From assembly GCA_045546695.1 (NCBI GenBank), contig JAZQDE010000036.1, positions 46,035-110,034 of the forward strand: a stretch of 64,000 bases of DNA. The letters are read 5' to 3'. Shown here piece by piece: positions 1 to 10,580 of the stretch. A model generated the notes under the pieces. The model worked only from the letters and a program-made list of their open reading frames with translations. It made no database searches and was not told the origin of the DNA. The DNA comes from Clostridia bacterium (GTDB lineage Bacteria; Bacillota; Clostridia; UBA1212; UBA1255). Both the position numbers and the translations under genes were made by a program. The number at the start of each line of letters is the position of its first letter. Position 1 is the stretch's first letter.

Positions 1-194
1 CTTTATTTTGTGTTATAATCTGTTCATAAAGAAAAAATAAATCTCAAAAAGTTCTCTGATTTTGATTTAAAAATTCTTTTCGGAGGACGAAGGTCCTATG
101 TTGCGCAGATTACAACGCAGTATGTTATTATAGTACTGTCAAGTCAAGATGTCAACATAGTTTTTTGCGTATTTTTTAGAAGTGTCGCAAGAGA

Positions 195-1601
195 TTATAC
201 TTCCTTTTCCATCAGCACCAGCGCGCTGCACATCATTTGCGCCGCCAGTTTAAGATTGTCAATTGATATAAATTCGTCTTCTGCATGCATGTGATTGTCA
301 ATTCCCGGAAGCTGCGGACCGAATGCAACAGCGCCGGGGATTCCGTGTGCGTACGTGCTGCCACCGACTGCTAAGGCCTCTCCTTTTTGCCCCGTCACTT
401 GCTCGTAAACCTTGAGCAAAGTCTTTACCAGAACAGAATCTGCGCTTGTGTGATGCGGCTCGGTGTTACTAAAATCTGTCAGTTCAAAGCCTGCCTGTGA
501 AAAGCTGCTTTGCAGCCTGTCTTTCAATTGGGCGCCGGATACACATACAGGGAATCTTATATCAAACTGTCCTTTGAAAAGGCCGTCTTCGTATGACATG
601 ATATCAAAAGAATACGTAACTTTTCCTGAAATATCATCTTCCCAGTCAATACCAAGATTTTTGCCATTTACATCACCGTGGCAAGCTACCTTCTGAAGGC
701 ACTCCCATTCAGGGTCAATGATTGCCATAAACTGGCACAACGCAGTGATAGCGTTTTCGCCGCCTTCCGGCAGTGATGCGTGAGAGCCTGTGCCATAAAT
801 GCAAAGGTCGATTTTGTCGCCGGTGCCGGTGCCGCTGCCATTTTCTGTAAACTCAAATGAAACTTTGGCGGTGCATTTTTCCGAAGCGGTTCTGAGCGTC
901 TGAATATCGCAGCCGGCAAACGTTGCGTATGCTCTGTCCGGCACAGCGTTGATTACGGTGCCGCCGTTTGCCCGGGCGAGACAGGTTGACGGAATATTCT
1001 TTGTAAAAGTACCGGTTGCCCTTCCTTTTTCTGTATTGATTACGGGATAGTCGGCGTCGGGCGTAAATACATATTCAGGAAGCGTTGCATGAGCCTTGTA
1101 ATAAGCAAGATCGGCAGAACCTCTTTCTTCATCGCTTCCCACAATCAGGCGGATATTTTTACCATATTCAGGAATATTTTCCTTAATATATTTCATGGCA
1201 TAGAGGGCAGTGATTATTGCACCCTTGTCGTCGATCGTTCCCCTGCCGTAAATATTTTCACCGTCAAGAGTCGCTTTGAAAGGATCGTACGTCCAGCCGT
1301 TTCCCGGAGGCACGACGTCGCCGTGTGCGAGAATACCAATAAATGGCTCGCCTTCTTCATATAGATCTATTGTAGTTACGCGGTTTGCACAGATTTGTGC
1401 AAAGAAACCCATTTCGCGTGCAAGGTCGCGCACTTCGTAAAGAATTCTGAGTGCCTGCTCACCGAACGGAGCCTCCTGCTTTTCACCATTTATTTCCACA
1501 ACACATGCCTGCGCGCCGACGCTCGGAACCTTTATCAGTCTGTCTAAGTCGCGGAACATGTTTTCAAATTCTTCGTCGATATATAATTTGATATCCTTCA
1601 T
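195..1601 (-). CDS. M20 family Mn/Zn dipeptidase (PepV/Sapep-like)
   Basis: AHGDVVP, GRGTIDDKG, SDEERGS, GGSTYA and C-terminal HMHAEDE metal-binding motifs of M20 peptidases. Confidence 0.9.
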   Translation of the reverse strand: MKDIKLYIDEEFENMFRDLDRLIKVPSVGAQACVVEINGEKQEAPFGEQALRILYEVRDLAREMGFFAQICANRVTTIDLYEEGEPFIGILAHGDVVPPGNGWTYDPFKATLDGENIYGRGTIDDKGAIITALYAMKYIKENIPEYGKNIRLIVGSDEERGSADLAYYKAHATLPEYVFTPDADYPVINTEKGRATGTFTKNIPSTCLARANGGTVINAVPDRAYATFAGCDIQTLRTASEKCTAKVSFEFTENGSGTGTGDKIDLCIYGTGSHASLPEGGENAITALCQFMAIIDPEWECLQKVACHGDVNGKNLGIDWEDDISGKVTYSFDIMSYEDGLFKGQFDIRFPVCVSGAQLKDRLQSSFSQAGFELTDFSNTEPHHTSADSVLVKTLLKVYEQVTGQKGEALAVGGSTYAHGIPGAVAFGPQLPGIDNHMHAEDEFISIDNLKLAAQMMCSALVLMEKEV

Positions 1602-1620
1602 AAATTACCTCTTTTTGTTA

Positions 1621-4551
1621 TTATTTATATGCTTTTACCTCGTAAATTGAGCACCATTGTGAGTTTGTGATTTCTATTTTGATACTGTTTGCCTTTACCG
1701 TGTCGAAGAATATAAAGTCTTCTTCATATGAAAACTCACCTGTCAGATTCCAGTTTTCGCCATCTTCGGACGTATATAATTTGAATTTTTCAGAAGTGTT
1801 TGATTCCCATATTATGTTAAGGCAGGAAAGATCTGTCAGTTCTTCGAATTTTATAATCAGCGTTGCCTTGGTGCCTCCGCACGGAGCGCTCCATCTTGAG
1901 TACTCGTCGCCGTCAATAGCCTTCGCAGCCGGGTAATTTGAATTTTCAATGTGGCTTGCAGAGGCAGATTTCATCGCGATTTTTTCACCGAGCTCTGGCT
2001 TCAAAGCCGGATTGTACGTGCCGTTTTTGGAAATAACTTCCAATTCTTCTGTCGGCTCGCATCTGTTTTCAACGTCCTGAACGAGTATTTCATCGTTTAT
2101 ATTTACCTTTTTGGTTGCCCGGATGTCTTTTACGGATGCTGCTGCGTAGAAAGAGTACTCGCCTTTTTCGATTATCCAGGCAGAGTCGGGCGTGTAATAC
2201 GTTTTGAGTTCGTCTTCCGTCACAGTAATTGTTATTTTCTGGGATTTGCCCGGCTTGAGCGTACCGGTCTTGTCGTAGCCAATAAGCTCGATCGACGGGT
2301 GCTCGTTTTTGCCGTCCGGTTTTGTTACGTAGAACTGAACTGCCTCTTTGCCGGCCACTTTGCCGGTGTTTTTCACCGTCACGGACAGATTGTAATTGTT
2401 GCCATCTTTTTCCACTTTAAAATCAGAATATTCAAACGTTGTGTACGACAGTCCGAAGCCGAATTCGTACGAAACCGGCACGTTGAACGTCTCGAAATAG
2501 CGGTAGCCTACGTAAATATCGTCTACGTAATCGGTGTTCGAAGCGTTGCCCGGATAAGAGGAATAATATGGTACGTCCTCGTATTTCACGGGCCACGTGC
2601 AGGCGAGTTTGCCCGACGGATTTGTTCTGCCGGTGAAAACGTCTGCGACGCTGTAGCCGAGTTGTTCGCCGGTAAGGCCGATGTACAAAATGGCGTCGGC
2701 ATATTCCTGCCACGATGCTGTCTCAATCGGGTTGCCGGTGTTGATAATCACAACCACTTTTTTGCCCTGCGCGTGAAACGCCTGTGAAACGAGCTTAAGT
2801 GAGTTTAATTCTCTTTCGTTCAGTAGGAAGTCGCCTTCGTTTGTGCGGTGGTCACAGCCTTCTGTCGTCAGTCGTGATATAGTGAAAATGGCAATATCTG
2901 ACTCCGCAGCCGCTTCTTCAGCCTCTTCTTGAGTGAGTTTCATTTCATAAGGGTCGTTTGCAGGGTTGTCTTTGCTTGTGTCTGCGTCAAATGGTTCTCT
3001 GTCTCCGAATGCATAAATCAGTTCAACTTCTTCGTTGTATGTGATGTCTTTCTCTTCGCAGAGGCCCTGGAAAACAGATATTTTTTCTTTTACAGATACG
3101 TCGCCCGAGCCGTGTCCGACTGTTTCTGCGTGATATGATGCCGTGCCAAAAAATGCTATTTCACCTTTGTTGAAAGGAAGTGCGTTGTTTTCATTTTTCA
3201 GGAGGACGATGCCCTGCGCGCCTGCCTCGCGTACGAGCTGTCTTTTTTCATCGGCATTCGATATTTCTTTTGCCGGCTCGTAGTCTGTATCCATAGCGAT
3301 TGTTCTTGAAATAACGTTCAGCAGGTTTATGCAGCAGGCGTCGAGCTGCTTCATCGATATTTTTTCCTTCTTGATGAGCTGGGTAATCGTCGCAATGTCG
3401 CCTTTCTGGTCATTGCCGCCGCAGAAAATATCGTTACCGGCGGTGATATTGCCTTCTCTGCCGCCGCCTGCGCCCCAGTCTGACATTACGTATCCTTTAA
3501 AGCCCCATTCTTCCCTTAAAATGCCATTCAGCAGGTCGCCGTTTGCCGATGTGTAAATGCCGTTGACTCTGTTATATGACGACATTATCGTGAACGGATC
3601 GGCATTTTTCACCGTGTATTCAAAGCCCTTCAGGTATATTTCCCTGAGCGCCCTTTCCGTCACGTTCGCCGAAACTGATCCTCTGTTTCTTTCCTGGTTG
3701 TTTACGGCAAAGTGTTTGAGTGCAACGCCGATGCCCTGCGACTGAATGCCTTTTGTGTAGCTTGTTGCTATTTTTCCGGTAAGATATGGATCTTCTGAGA
3801 AGTATTCAAAGTTCCTTCCATTTAATACCAGTCTTTGTATGTTCATGCCGGGGCCAAGTATGATCTCTACGCCAAAATCGTAATAATCGCTGCCCATTGA
3901 TTCTGTTATTTTATAAACGAGTTCGTCGTCCCAGGTCGATGCCATTACTGCGCCTGTCGGGTAACCAATCGTGATGGCGCTCGTCCTGAGTCCTGAAGGG
4001 CCGTCTGCCAGATCTGTGACCGGCACGCCCAGTCTGGGGATCGGATACGTAGAGCCGCCCGAGCTGTAAAAGCTTTCCCAGCCAAGTACCAGGGAGGCTT
4101 TTTCTTCCAGTGTCATTTCCTGTACAACGTAGTAAACTGTGTCTTCTGAGAGTTGTACGAGTCCCTCTTTGTATGGCATTACAGCCGTGTCGCACACGCC
4201 GTATTTGTTTGTGTCCGCTTTGATTGTCGCTGTGTACGTGCCATTTTCAAGAAAATCAAGTCCACTTACTTCAAAAGTGTATTTGCTTCCTGCCTTGATC
4301 GGCCCGTCGATTGTTTTGTTATGCTTGCTTCCATTATTTTCCAGGGTGAAAAGCAAGCGGCCTTCAAAGTCTGTGTCTACAAGCAGCACAACGCTGAAAG
4401 TGTTGTTTTCCCTGTTTATGGACATTACTTCTATGTTGATTTCCGGTTTGTACTGCTCTTTTGTTTTGCATGATGACATCATAAGTGTTGCCACCAGGAG
4501 AGCTGACAATGCCATGACAAGAATTAGTAAGTATCTGATTTTCTTGTTCAT
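1621..4551 (-). CDS. GH3 beta-glucosidase-like lipoprotein with Fn3-like and C-terminal F5/8 type C (CBM32-like) domains
   Basis: Lipobox-like MMSSC; ADGPSG, GRNFEYFSEDP, KHF, VMSDW (nucleophile), GYRYF; C-terminal AIDGD..SRWS discoidin motif. Confidence 0.9.
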   Translation of the reverse strand: MNKKIRYLLILVMALSALLVATLMMSSCKTKEQYKPEINIEVMSINRENNTFSVVLLVDTDFEGRLLFTLENNGSKHNKTIDGPIKAGSKYTFEVSGLDFLENGTYTATIKADTNKYGVCDTAVMPYKEGLVQLSEDTVYYVVQEMTLEEKASLVLGWESFYSSGGSTYPIPRLGVPVTDLADGPSGLRTSAITIGYPTGAVMASTWDDELVYKITESMGSDYYDFGVEIILGPGMNIQRLVLNGRNFEYFSEDPYLTGKIATSYTKGIQSQGIGVALKHFAVNNQERNRGSVSANVTERALREIYLKGFEYTVKNADPFTIMSSYNRVNGIYTSANGDLLNGILREEWGFKGYVMSDWGAGGGREGNITAGNDIFCGGNDQKGDIATITQLIKKEKISMKQLDACCINLLNVISRTIAMDTDYEPAKEISNADEKRQLVREAGAQGIVLLKNENNALPFNKGEIAFFGTASYHAETVGHGSGDVSVKEKISVFQGLCEEKDITYNEEVELIYAFGDREPFDADTSKDNPANDPYEMKLTQEEAEEAAAESDIAIFTISRLTTEGCDHRTNEGDFLLNERELNSLKLVSQAFHAQGKKVVVIINTGNPIETASWQEYADAILYIGLTGEQLGYSVADVFTGRTNPSGKLACTWPVKYEDVPYYSSYPGNASNTDYVDDIYVGYRYFETFNVPVSYEFGFGLSYTTFEYSDFKVEKDGNNYNLSVTVKNTGKVAGKEAVQFYVTKPDGKNEHPSIELIGYDKTGTLKPGKSQKITITVTEDELKTYYTPDSAWIIEKGEYSFYAAASVKDIRATKKVNINDEILVQDVENRCEPTEELEVISKNGTYNPALKPELGEKIAMKSASASHIENSNYPAAKAIDGDEYSRWSAPCGGTKATLIIKFEELTDLSCLNIIWESNTSEKFKLYTSEDGENWNLTGEFSYEEDFIFFDTVKANSIKIEITNSQWCSIYEVKAYK

Positions 4552-4552
4552 T

Positions 4553-5818
4553 TTAATCTCCGTTTCTGAAATACTCGTAGTACAGCCACAGTACGGTGTA
4601 TCTGTCCTTCAGGTCTTTTGCGTACATAATCGCGTCATTTATGTTTTCGCTGCCATATTTTTCCACAAATGTGTCGAAGGAAAGGCCTACGTCGTTTATT
4701 AGATTCATCATATATTCTGATGACGGTGCCTGCAAGAGTATCTTTGCAATTTTGTCGAAATTTTCTTTGATTCCGAATCTTTCCTGTTTGCCGTACAGGC
4801 CGATTTTTTTCTGGAGCGCCATTACTTCCGGCGCTGATGTTTTGTATATGCGGTTTATGTCTTCCTGCCATTTATTTTCATCCGTCGGGCAGAGGCTGAT
4901 TTTTTCAGGTGCCGTTGCTGCCTGGGCGAGGATTTTTTCACGCAACGACGCTGTAACAACAGCCGCATATGCTACGTCTATTCCGTGGAAGAAATACTCG
5001 CGGTTGTTGAGTATGCCTGTGATTTCGAAGTAATGTGCGAAGTGGTGTTCTGACCCCGATGCCGGTCTGGAGTTGCCTACGTAGCTCATCGCTATGCCAA
5101 CATTTACCAGTGCCTGCATTAGTATGCTTACGCTGTCCGGGTCTCTTTTTGCTACTTTATTTGCCAGCGGCGCTACTTTTTCTACTTCATTTGCGACGAA
5201 ATCGTATACGAATTCGCATATGTATTCGTCGAGTACGAGGCCGGCCAGCCGCCAGTCATTCAGGCACGAGTATTTTCCGATGATATCGCCGTAGCCCGCC
5301 CTTATCATATCGATCGGACTTTTGCACAGCACTTCCGGCTCCGCGATTATGGCCTTCGGCGTGCGGCAATTCACGGTTTCTTTCATTCCTTTGAGTATCA
5401 TCGCTGCGCCAACAGATGCGTATCCGTCCATCGACGGCGCTGTTGCTACTATATAATATGGTAAATCATGGTGAAAACTCACGTATTTGCACAGGTCGTT
5501 TATTACGCCCGACCCTACGCCCACTATGAGGTCCGTGTCCGGCGCGAGTGCCTCTTCTATCTCGGCGATTTTTGTTTCGTCCGGCACAACGACGTCCGTC
5601 TGTGGCCTGAGTTTTAGTATTGTGTAGCTGATTTTTCTGAATATCGCCTGTTGTTCTTCTGTATGTGCGTTCAGTGTGTTGTCGTCGCACACGATGAGTA
5701 TTTTGTTGTATTTTTCGCAATATTGTTCGAGTCTTTGTACTGCTCCGTCAGCGATATCTGTTATTTCTACATCACATTTATGTACACGTCCGCACGGGCA
5801 ATCTGTTATTGGCTTCAT
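4553..5818 (-). CDS. sn-glycerol-1-phosphate dehydrogenase (AraM/EgsA family)
   Basis: N-terminal CPCGRVH, GVGSGVINDLCK, TAPSMDG, RPASGSEHH, HGIDVA; start moved to ATG at 5818 behind a GGAG RBS. Confidence 0.85.
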   Translation of the reverse strand: MKPITDCPCGRVHKCDVEITDIADGAVQRLEQYCEKYNKILIVCDDNTLNAHTEEQQAIFRKISYTILKLRPQTDVVVPDETKIAEIEEALAPDTDLIVGVGSGVINDLCKYVSFHHDLPYYIVATAPSMDGYASVGAAMILKGMKETVNCRTPKAIIAEPEVLCKSPIDMIRAGYGDIIGKYSCLNDWRLAGLVLDEYICEFVYDFVANEVEKVAPLANKVAKRDPDSVSILMQALVNVGIAMSYVGNSRPASGSEHHFAHYFEITGILNNREYFFHGIDVAYAAVVTASLREKILAQAATAPEKISLCPTDENKWQEDINRIYKTSAPEVMALQKKIGLYGKQERFGIKENFDKIAKILLQAPSSEYMMNLINDVGLSFDTFVEKYGSENINDAIMYAKDLKDRYTVLWLYYEYFRNGD

Positions 5819-5906
5819 TTTTGCATCTCTCCACTTCTTTCTCTCTGTCTGTCGATTAAAGCACAAAGCCGGCGACGTGTCAAGGTGGGTGGTTGGGTGG
5901 ATGGAG

Positions 5907-5968
5907 TGGTTTCCGGCGGCGGTTTCCGGCGGCGGTTTCCGGCGGGGCGGTTTCCGGCGGCGGTTTGT
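5907..5968 (+). repeat. Short tandem repeat (GGCGGTTTCC-based units, about 4 copies)
   Basis: ggtttccggcggc ggtttccggcggc ggtttccggcggggc ggtttccggcggc read directly. Confidence 0.8.
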
Positions 5969-6070
5969 TAAATGCACTACTGTTTAACAAACTCAATGAC
6001 ATATATGGCCGCGGACAAGCCTAAAGCAGCAAAAAGTTGGCGGAGATCCGGGTTTTCTGCAAACTTTTTT
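5961..6070 (-). repeat. Dispersed inverted copy of the hairpin repeat family found at 21.4-21.8 kb
   Basis: gtttgttaaa..tttaacaaac hairpin, then gccgcggacaagcc, then aaaaagtt..ttttctgcaaactttt; matches the reverse complement of the 21.4-21.8 kb modules. Confidence 0.8.
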
Positions 6071-6131
6071 TGCTGCGGCGGCCCCCCGGGCGACAAATAT
6101 ATGCTATAATCCCAAGGCAGGAGGGGTTGCT

Positions 6132-6749
6132 ATGAAATACAGCGAACTTAAATTGATTTTGGCGTCGCAGTCACCCAGACGAAGGCAGCTCATAGCGGAG
6201 TTTGGACTTCCGTTTGAGTGCATCACAACATGCGCCGATGAAAAAACGACAGAAACAGACCCGGAAAAGGTCGCGATGGATATTTCGCGCCAAAAAGCAG
6301 AGTGGGCGTGTAAAAATATGCAGCTGAACGACAACGAGGTTATTATCGGGGCCGACACAATTGTGGTATTTAATGGAAAAATACTTGGAAAGCCAAAGTC
6401 AGATGACGATGCAAGACAAATGCTGAAAATGCTGAGCGGAAACACACATAGCGTGTACACCGGCGTTACCATTATATGGAAGCGCGCCGCCACCACCGAG
6501 CGCACCGCCACCACCGAGCGCACCGCCACCTCCTTCGCTGAAAAAACAGACGTTACTTTCGCGGCGATCACTGACGACGAACTTGAAGCATATATAAAAA
6601 CAGGCGACCACAAAGATAAAGCAGGTAGCTACGGGATACAAGGACCTTTCTCCCTTCACATACCTGCAATTTGTGGCGACTATAACAACGTGGTGGGTTT
6701 CCCCATCGCGCGTATTTATAATGAATTAAAAAAACACTGTGACGACTGA
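6132..6749 (+). CDS. maf: Maf family nucleoside triphosphate pyrophosphatase
   Basis: LILASQSPRR, IIGADT, GKP, DKAGSYGIQG, NVVGFP. Confidence 0.93.
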   Translation: MKYSELKLILASQSPRRRQLIAEFGLPFECITTCADEKTTETDPEKVAMDISRQKAEWACKNMQLNDNEVIIGADTIVVFNGKILGKPKSDDDARQMLKMLSGNTHSVYTGVTIIWKRAATTERTATTERTATSFAEKTDVTFAAITDDELEAYIKTGDHKDKAGSYGIQGPFSLHIPAICGDYNNVVGFPIARIYNELKKHCDD

Positions 6750-8960
6750 CCAGGGCTGAATGTCAGGAATTGTCAGCGTGAAAATATCGCTATCCGGACA
6801 AGCCTTAAGTCGCAACTCACACGGTTCAATATACTGCCCCATCAAAAGCGCCTTCGCGCACTCGCCCGCGCACTCACCCGCGCACTCGCCCGCGCACTCA
6901 CCTGCACACTCACCTGCACAATCACCTGCGCCGGACTTCAGAGCGGAAGCTCGGATATGAAGCTCGACAGGACCGGACCTTGCGACAGTACAATTTGTAA
7001 TGCTGACGTGAGACAAACGACCGTCGGGGAAACACCTCGCCTGGCACGTTGCCTGAAGAGGAGTGGCAATTTCTACCACCTGGCGGTGGCCGGAAATATA
7101 GGCCGAAGCATCCAGATACTGGGTGCGTTTCTCGCTACTGAGAGTGCGATGCCACATATCAAAAGCAAAAACAGCCCATTTTGCGCCATTATCTGAAGGC
7201 GTTGTGAAAATACATGCGCTCAGGGCATGACGATCATCAACATAACAAGGAGCAATTTTACGGTTACCGTCAGTCGACGCGACAGGACGGACATATTCAC
7301 ACAGCGGTTCGACAAGTCCGGGATCATCAACAAAAATGCAATGCCCCCTGTCAAGAGCCAGCGGCCCACCCCACGTGCGGCCGGCAATCCCGCCGGCATC
7401 GGCAATCCCGCCATTAACAGGATGCTGCAAAAACCGCTCGTGATACCTGGAAATGTCAACATTTTTCACAGAAATTGGCAGTGAAAAGCCACGCGCAAGC
7501 AGCACCTCAATAGCGGCTCCATCTGTAATAACAGGCAGGGTCAATAACTTACGTAGTTCTTCCATCGACATAGCATTTGCGTGCTCCGCAGACAAAAGCC
7601 ACACGCCTTTTTCATCGGCGCCCGCTAAACCGATGGCGCCCGCTAAACCGGTGGCGCCCGCTAAGCCGGTGTAGCCCGCTAAACCGGCGGCGCCCGCTAA
7701 ACCGCCGCCCTCAGAATCTGCACCGCCCACTGCCCTCATGGCAATCGAAATACCAAGAAAACGCAGCTCATTCGCAAAATTCATATTCTGCAAAACGTAC
7801 TCAAAAGGCGAAAAACACTTGCGAAGATAAGCCTTCGCAGGAAAAGCAGCAAACCAGCCGGCCTGCAACGTACCACGATTGGCAGAAGACAATTTTTGCC
7901 AATAAGGACGATGAGAAGCAAAGGCAGACAGCATCTGCGAGTGCCACGACATGGGCTCATAATCAGCCATCAACATCGCATAACTCATACTGTCGGCACC
8001 ATTCGCAAAATAATAAGAAGTCTCAAAACAAGTGCCGCCGATACTCTTGCCGTACACAACGTCGGGAAGATTTTCAATCTCGGGACAAATCTCATCAACA
8101 TAATCCGGAAGCTGCATCGTCTGCCACGACATGTTTTCCGCCTTAATCACAAACCACCATGGAGTGTGGTCATTGTACATACCGCCACCGGGGCGGGCTA
8201 CGGGCCGGCGGCCGGTCGCGCGGAACATTGGCTCCATGATAAAGCTAAAATCAAAGCCGGTATAAAGATTATATGGTGCATACTGGTAGCCCATACGACT
8301 CGAAGGCGACTCGGCGTGCACGATGAGGCTGACTTTTTCTGTAAACTCAGACAGCCCCTGCTTTATAAAATCCATATATCTTTCACGCCAGATAATGTCA
8401 CCAAAAGAAATCTCCTCGACTAACTTTTCACGTGAAAAGGAACTGCCGTACTGCTTGTTGAAAAGAGCAAGACAATCATCACAAAAACAGCCGTACGTTA
8501 CCGGAAAATGGTTATCGGCGCGAAGGTCGTCATCAATCCACACGGTGTCAGGCTGAACCTGGCGCACATACTCGCGGATATATTCAAGCGTATAATCAAG
8601 AAAATGTTTGCCGCGCCAGCAGAAACAATAGTCGCTTACGGTGCCGTCGTGGCCAACCATTTTCTCAACAGGACTGCCGGGGTAAACAAGACCACTGCAG
8701 TCGCGTGATGACATATATTGGCCGTGACCTATAGTGTTTGAAATCTGCAAAGAGACACGAAGGCCCGCCGACCTTAATTTCTCCGCAGACAAACGAAGAA
8801 TCCGGGCAGACTGCGCATGAACTTCCTGCGACGGAAAACCATAATTCGTCGCCAGCCAGACTTCATCACAAGAACCCGGATTTGCCGAAACGGCTGCGAT
8901 AAACGAGTCAAGATAATCCTGATCTTTTTGTAAATCGCAGCCTAATCTCTGATATAACAT
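6726..8960 (-). CDS. Uncharacterised TIM-barrel glycoside-hydrolase-like protein with in-frame tandem repeat insertions
   Basis: 744-aa ORF; WIDDD and CFCDDC motifs resemble GH42-like/uncharacterised glycosidases. Confidence 0.55.
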   Translation of the reverse strand: MLYQRLGCDLQKDQDYLDSFIAAVSANPGSCDEVWLATNYGFPSQEVHAQSARILRLSAEKLRSAGLRVSLQISNTIGHGQYMSSRDCSGLVYPGSPVEKMVGHDGTVSDYCFCWRGKHFLDYTLEYIREYVRQVQPDTVWIDDDLRADNHFPVTYGCFCDDCLALFNKQYGSSFSREKLVEEISFGDIIWRERYMDFIKQGLSEFTEKVSLIVHAESPSSRMGYQYAPYNLYTGFDFSFIMEPMFRATGRRPVARPGGGMYNDHTPWWFVIKAENMSWQTMQLPDYVDEICPEIENLPDVVYGKSIGGTCFETSYYFANGADSMSYAMLMADYEPMSWHSQMLSAFASHRPYWQKLSSANRGTLQAGWFAAFPAKAYLRKCFSPFEYVLQNMNFANELRFLGISIAMRAVGGADSEGGGLAGAAGLAGYTGLAGATGLAGAIGLAGADEKGVWLLSAEHANAMSMEELRKLLTLPVITDGAAIEVLLARGFSLPISVKNVDISRYHERFLQHPVNGGIADAGGIAGRTWGGPLALDRGHCIFVDDPGLVEPLCEYVRPVASTDGNRKIAPCYVDDRHALSACIFTTPSDNGAKWAVFAFDMWHRTLSSEKRTQYLDASAYISGHRQVVEIATPLQATCQARCFPDGRLSHVSITNCTVARSGPVELHIRASALKSGAGDCAGECAGECAGECAGECAGECAKALLMGQYIEPCELRLKACPDSDIFTLTIPDIQPWSVVTVFF

Positions 8961-8961
8961 A

Positions 8962-9546
8962 TTATTCTTTCTTCAAAAGATCGCGAATCTGCTTGAGAAG
9001 CTCTTCTGTAGAAGGATTAGCTTCTTTCTCAAGTCTCGCTGCTTCTTCAGCGGCAGCAGCAGCTTCAGCCTCTTTCTTTGCCTTGTCAGCAAAATATGCT
9101 TCAACAGCAGCCTTGTCACTGCGTTTAATACCCTGAGCCTTCATAGCAGCCTTGTCCTCTTTGGAAATCTTGCCGGCCTTAACTTTACTGGATCCATCGC
9201 GCATCTTGTTGATTGCCTTTACAATGCAGAAGAGAACGAAAGCAATGATAATGAAGTTGATAATCGCGTTGATGAATGCACCCCAGTCAATGTAAATAGA
9301 GTTTGCAAGATCAATTTCGCCTGTTTCAGCAATGATTGCAGGGTCACCAAGGAAAGTATAAATCTCGCTCAGTGAGTTTGCGCCAAAAATCAGCGCAAGT
9401 AAGTAGTTAATAAACGGCTTGAGAATGTTATTGCTCAGCGCATTTACGATAGCGGTGAAAGAACTGCCGACGATAACACCAACAGCCATGTCAACAACGT
9501 TACCACGTGTTATGAATTTCTTGAATTCAGCAAAAAAATTTTTCAC
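8962..9546 (-). CDS. mscL: Large-conductance mechanosensitive channel
   Basis: EFKKFITRGNVVDMAVGVIVG; GAFINAIINF; LLKQIRDLLK. Confidence 0.95.
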   Translation of the reverse strand: MKNFFAEFKKFITRGNVVDMAVGVIVGSSFTAIVNALSNNILKPFINYLLALIFGANSLSEIYTFLGDPAIIAETGEIDLANSIYIDWGAFINAIINFIIIAFVLFCIVKAINKMRDGSSKVKAGKISKEDKAAMKAQGIKRSDKAAVEAYFADKAKKEAEAAAAAEEAARLEKEANPSTEELLKQIRDLLKKE

Positions 9547-9571
9547 AGAAAACGACCTCTTTCTTTTTTAA

Positions 9572-10474
9572 TTAATTGTTACGATTATACGATTTTTCTT
9601 TGCGCATGTCAAAGACTGCAATCAAAATACTGGCAGAAATTACCAGCACCGAGCCGATAGCTGTCCTCAGCGTTATTTTTTCACTAAAAACGAGCGCTCC
9701 GACAACGACACCGGTGATAGGTTCAAGCGTACTCAGGATAGAAGTTTTCTGCCCGCCGATGATAAAAGTACTCTGCTGGAAAAGCGCCACGGCGCCTACG
9801 GTCACTGCCATCGCGAACACAAAACACAAAATCCAGCCACGTGCAGACGAAGGAAGCGTCATTTCACCGGTGAAAAGGCAGATAGCCAGCGTGACGGCGC
9901 TGCTGATGGCCGCAATGTAAAAGCAAAACAGATATCCTGTTGTCGTGCGCTGCGAAAAGCCGGAGAGCAGCAAAACGTACATCGCAAACGTAACGGCCGA
10001 GCCCAGAGAACACAACACGCCGGTCGCGTCGAGCTTCTGTCCCGGTGAAAAGAACATCAGAATGCCGACAATACATATGATAATGCTGATGAGATTGCCC
10101 TTCGGCACCTTTTGTCTGAAGAAAAGGAAGCCGGCGATGACAACGATAGCCGGATAGCCGAAATGGAAAACAGTGGCAGTGCCGGAATCTATAAATTGGT
10201 AAGACGAAAAAAGCAGAATCGGCGTAAGCGAGCAGCCCAGAATGGAAATTAATGACATTTTCGGAAGCTCACGAAGCGGCACTTTTAATGATTTGCATTG
10301 CAAAAGCGCGAGCACAGCGAGCGCCGGCAGGGCAAAAAAGTTCCTGTAAAATACAAGTGAAAACGGCGTGACGCCGTCAGCGTATATGTATTTTGCCATG
10401 AGGGGCATGCAGCCGTAGATCACCGCACTTGCAATCGCAAAAATATATCCTTGTAAAACCTTTCGTCCGGTCAT
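9572..10474 (-). CDS. DMT/EamA family transporter
   Basis: About 10 hydrophobic segments in two repeats; STLEP motif. Confidence 0.9.
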   Translation of the reverse strand: MTGRKVLQGYIFAIASAVIYGCMPLMAKYIYADGVTPFSLVFYRNFFALPALAVLALLQCKSLKVPLRELPKMSLISILGCSLTPILLFSSYQFIDSGTATVFHFGYPAIVVIAGFLFFRQKVPKGNLISIIICIVGILMFFSPGQKLDATGVLCSLGSAVTFAMYVLLLSGFSQRTTTGYLFCFYIAAISSAVTLAICLFTGEMTLPSSARGWILCFVFAMAVTVGAVALFQQSTFIIGGQKTSILSTLEPITGVVVGALVFSEKITLRTAIGSVLVISASILIAVFDMRKEKSYNRNN

Positions 10475-10529
10475 AGATGAATTTCCTTATAGATGAATTT
10501 CCTTTATTTACCAATTGTCAATGCAACAC

Positions 10530-10561
10530 AAAAAGAGCAGAGAACAAAAGCTCTGCTCTTT
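10530..10561 (-). terminator. Intrinsic terminator after ispH-rpsA
   Basis: aaagagcagag-cttttgtt-ctctgctcttttt hairpin plus U tract on the minus strand. Confidence 0.75.
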
Positions 10562-10580
10562 ATCTGTTGTTTAATACAAA

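Noticed and set aside
5819-5977. N-terminal extension of G1PDH in the ORF track
   Set aside because: It is translated repeat DNA; the family N-terminus and RBS indicate ATG 5818.
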